Virus record (IMG/VR): IMGVR_UViG_3300029319_000396
Span: 1 to 27,167 of that record
Strand: one strand, 5' to 3'
From: a virus
Lineage: Duplodnaviria; Caudoviricetes
DNA length: 27,167 bases
In this document: positions 26,061 to 27,167 of the stretch, piece by piece
Numbering within the stretch: position 1 is the first letter of the stretch
Layout: each line of letters begins with the position of its first letter
Program-made: the position numbers and the translations under genes
Notes under the pieces: model-generated
The model's database searches: none
What the model was told of the DNA's origin: nothing
What the model saw: the letters and a program-made list of their open reading frames with translations, nothing else

Positions 26061-26118
26061 ACCAAAATGCCCATGAGAGCAGCCAAGCTCGGTAAGGCAT
26101 TAGCAAAGGAGAAAAAAG

Positions 26119-26451
26119 ATGGCTGATCTATCCAAACATTCAGTGGTTGAATCACTGAATATGTCTAGCTCTGCACAGCATTCAGTACAATCCGCACAAA
26201 GCGTTACCACAGGAACAGAATATAATTTAGACGTATCTGCGGTTCACACAATCATATTACAACCTAGCAGCGATGTATATTATGGCTTTAGTTCATCCTC
26301 AAGCGACATGATCAGCGCATCCAATAGTTTATATCTTGCAGGTGGTGATACCATTTATGAATTAGCAGTACCGCAAGGTATTGGCGCAGCGGTGTACCTG
26401 CACTTACTTGGCAAAGGTGCAACCTCGACAGTACGAATTGTCTTAGCATAG
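26119..26451 (+). CDS. Hypothetical virion protein
   Basis: 110 aa, Ser-rich and beta-like, AAGGAG RBS, in the late operon. Confidence 0.6.
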   Translation: MADLSKHSVVESLNMSSSAQHSVQSAQSVTTGTEYNLDVSAVHTIILQPSSDVYYGFSSSSSDMISASNSLYLAGGDTIYELAVPQGIGAAVYLHLLGKGATSTVRIVLA

Positions 26452-26460
26452 GAGCATAGC

Positions 26461-27167
26461 ATGGCATCATTTAAAAATTTAGTTAGCACAACATCTGCAC
26501 AAATATCATCTGGTGGTACAATCACAGGAGATCTAGTCATCAATGGAGATCTCCAGGTTGATGGCGGTGGATCACTTAGCTTTGATGAAATCGTACAAGG
26601 TACATCCACTATTACAGTAACAGATAATCCAGCATTTTTAGTTGAGAAGGCCGATGGAACAGATGTATTTATAGTAGATACCACAAATTCTAGGGTGGGT
26701 ATTGGTGGAACGCCTACGCAACCTTTAAATATATTTCACTCAAGCCATGCTATTGCATTGTTAGAATCATCTGGAACAGATAGTGCTTCCTCAGTTCAGT
26801 TTAAAAATGATGCAAGAACTTATCAGATAGGAGTTAGAGGTTCAGCTTCAGATTCATTTATAATTAGAGACTCTACAGCTACTACAGATAGACTTACTAT
26901 TAAATCAGATGGTGAAGTTCTTATTACTCCATCAGGTGCAAATTTAGATGTAAGTGGTGCGCCAAATGGTTCTTTAAGTATAGGCTCACCAAGTTCAACA
27001 TTACAGGCTTCTGTAATGGGAAGGACTACTTCAAATGCTACTGCATTACATTTATTTGCAAGTGCTACAGATGCGAATACTTTAGGTGATATGAGATTTA
27101 ATGTAAGAGAAAACAATGATTCTACATTTGCTACATTAACAAATCCAGCTTTTAAATTTATACACTA
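26461..27167 (+). CDS. 3'-truncated fibre/spike-like virion protein
   Basis: AGGAG RBS, ATG 26461, open to the window end; GGTITGDLVINGDLQV, VDTTNSRVGIG and RLTIKSDG are typical fibre repeats. Confidence 0.7.
   Translation, partial: MASFKNLVSTTSAQISSGGTITGDLVINGDLQVDGGGSLSFDEIVQGTSTITVTDNPAFLVEKADGTDVFIVDTTNSRVGIGGTPTQPLNIFHSSHAIALLESSGTDSASSVQFKNDARTYQIGVRGSASDSFIIRDSTATTDRLTIKSDGEVLITPSGANLDVSGAPNGSLSIGSPSSTLQASVMGRTTSNATALHLFASATDANTLGDMRFNVRENNDSTFATLTNPAFKFIH

Noticed and set aside
21216-27116. Short alternative-frame and antisense ORFs in the head module
   Set aside because: Overlap conserved terminase, portal, scaffold, capsid or fibre genes and show no protein-like motifs, unlike the nested MTase ORF.
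1-27167. Stop-codon reassignment
   Set aside because: Core genes are full length in the standard code and TAA, TAG and TGA all serve as stops.

Overview
This window is most of a tailed dsDNA phage genome (siphovirus-like, probably circularly permuted). No integrase, DNA polymerase, tRNA, rRNA or CRISPR array is recognisable. Layout: tail module (1-8625; tube, frameshifted chaperone pair, tape measure, two tail-tip proteins); HTH regulator plus DNA metabolism and replication module (8675-16777; SSB, Hjc-like resolvase, HNH and PD-(D/E)XK nucleases, C5 DNA methyltransferase, exonuclease, primase-helicase, iteron-like repeats); a very AT-rich minus-strand operon (about 16900-19690); and the packaging/head module (19788-27167). 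The most notable signal is the AT-rich operon. It is bracketed by two directly repeated XerC/XerD dif-like 28-mers and contains two hammerhead ribozyme folds, each predicted to cut 26-28 nt upstream of a start codon, which together flank one complete gene. Also notable: a second methyltransferase-like polypeptide nested in an alternative frame, a recurring TGTCAACAC box at the control regions, and strong GCGC enrichment. All protein calls come from motif recognition and synteny by eye, not database searches.
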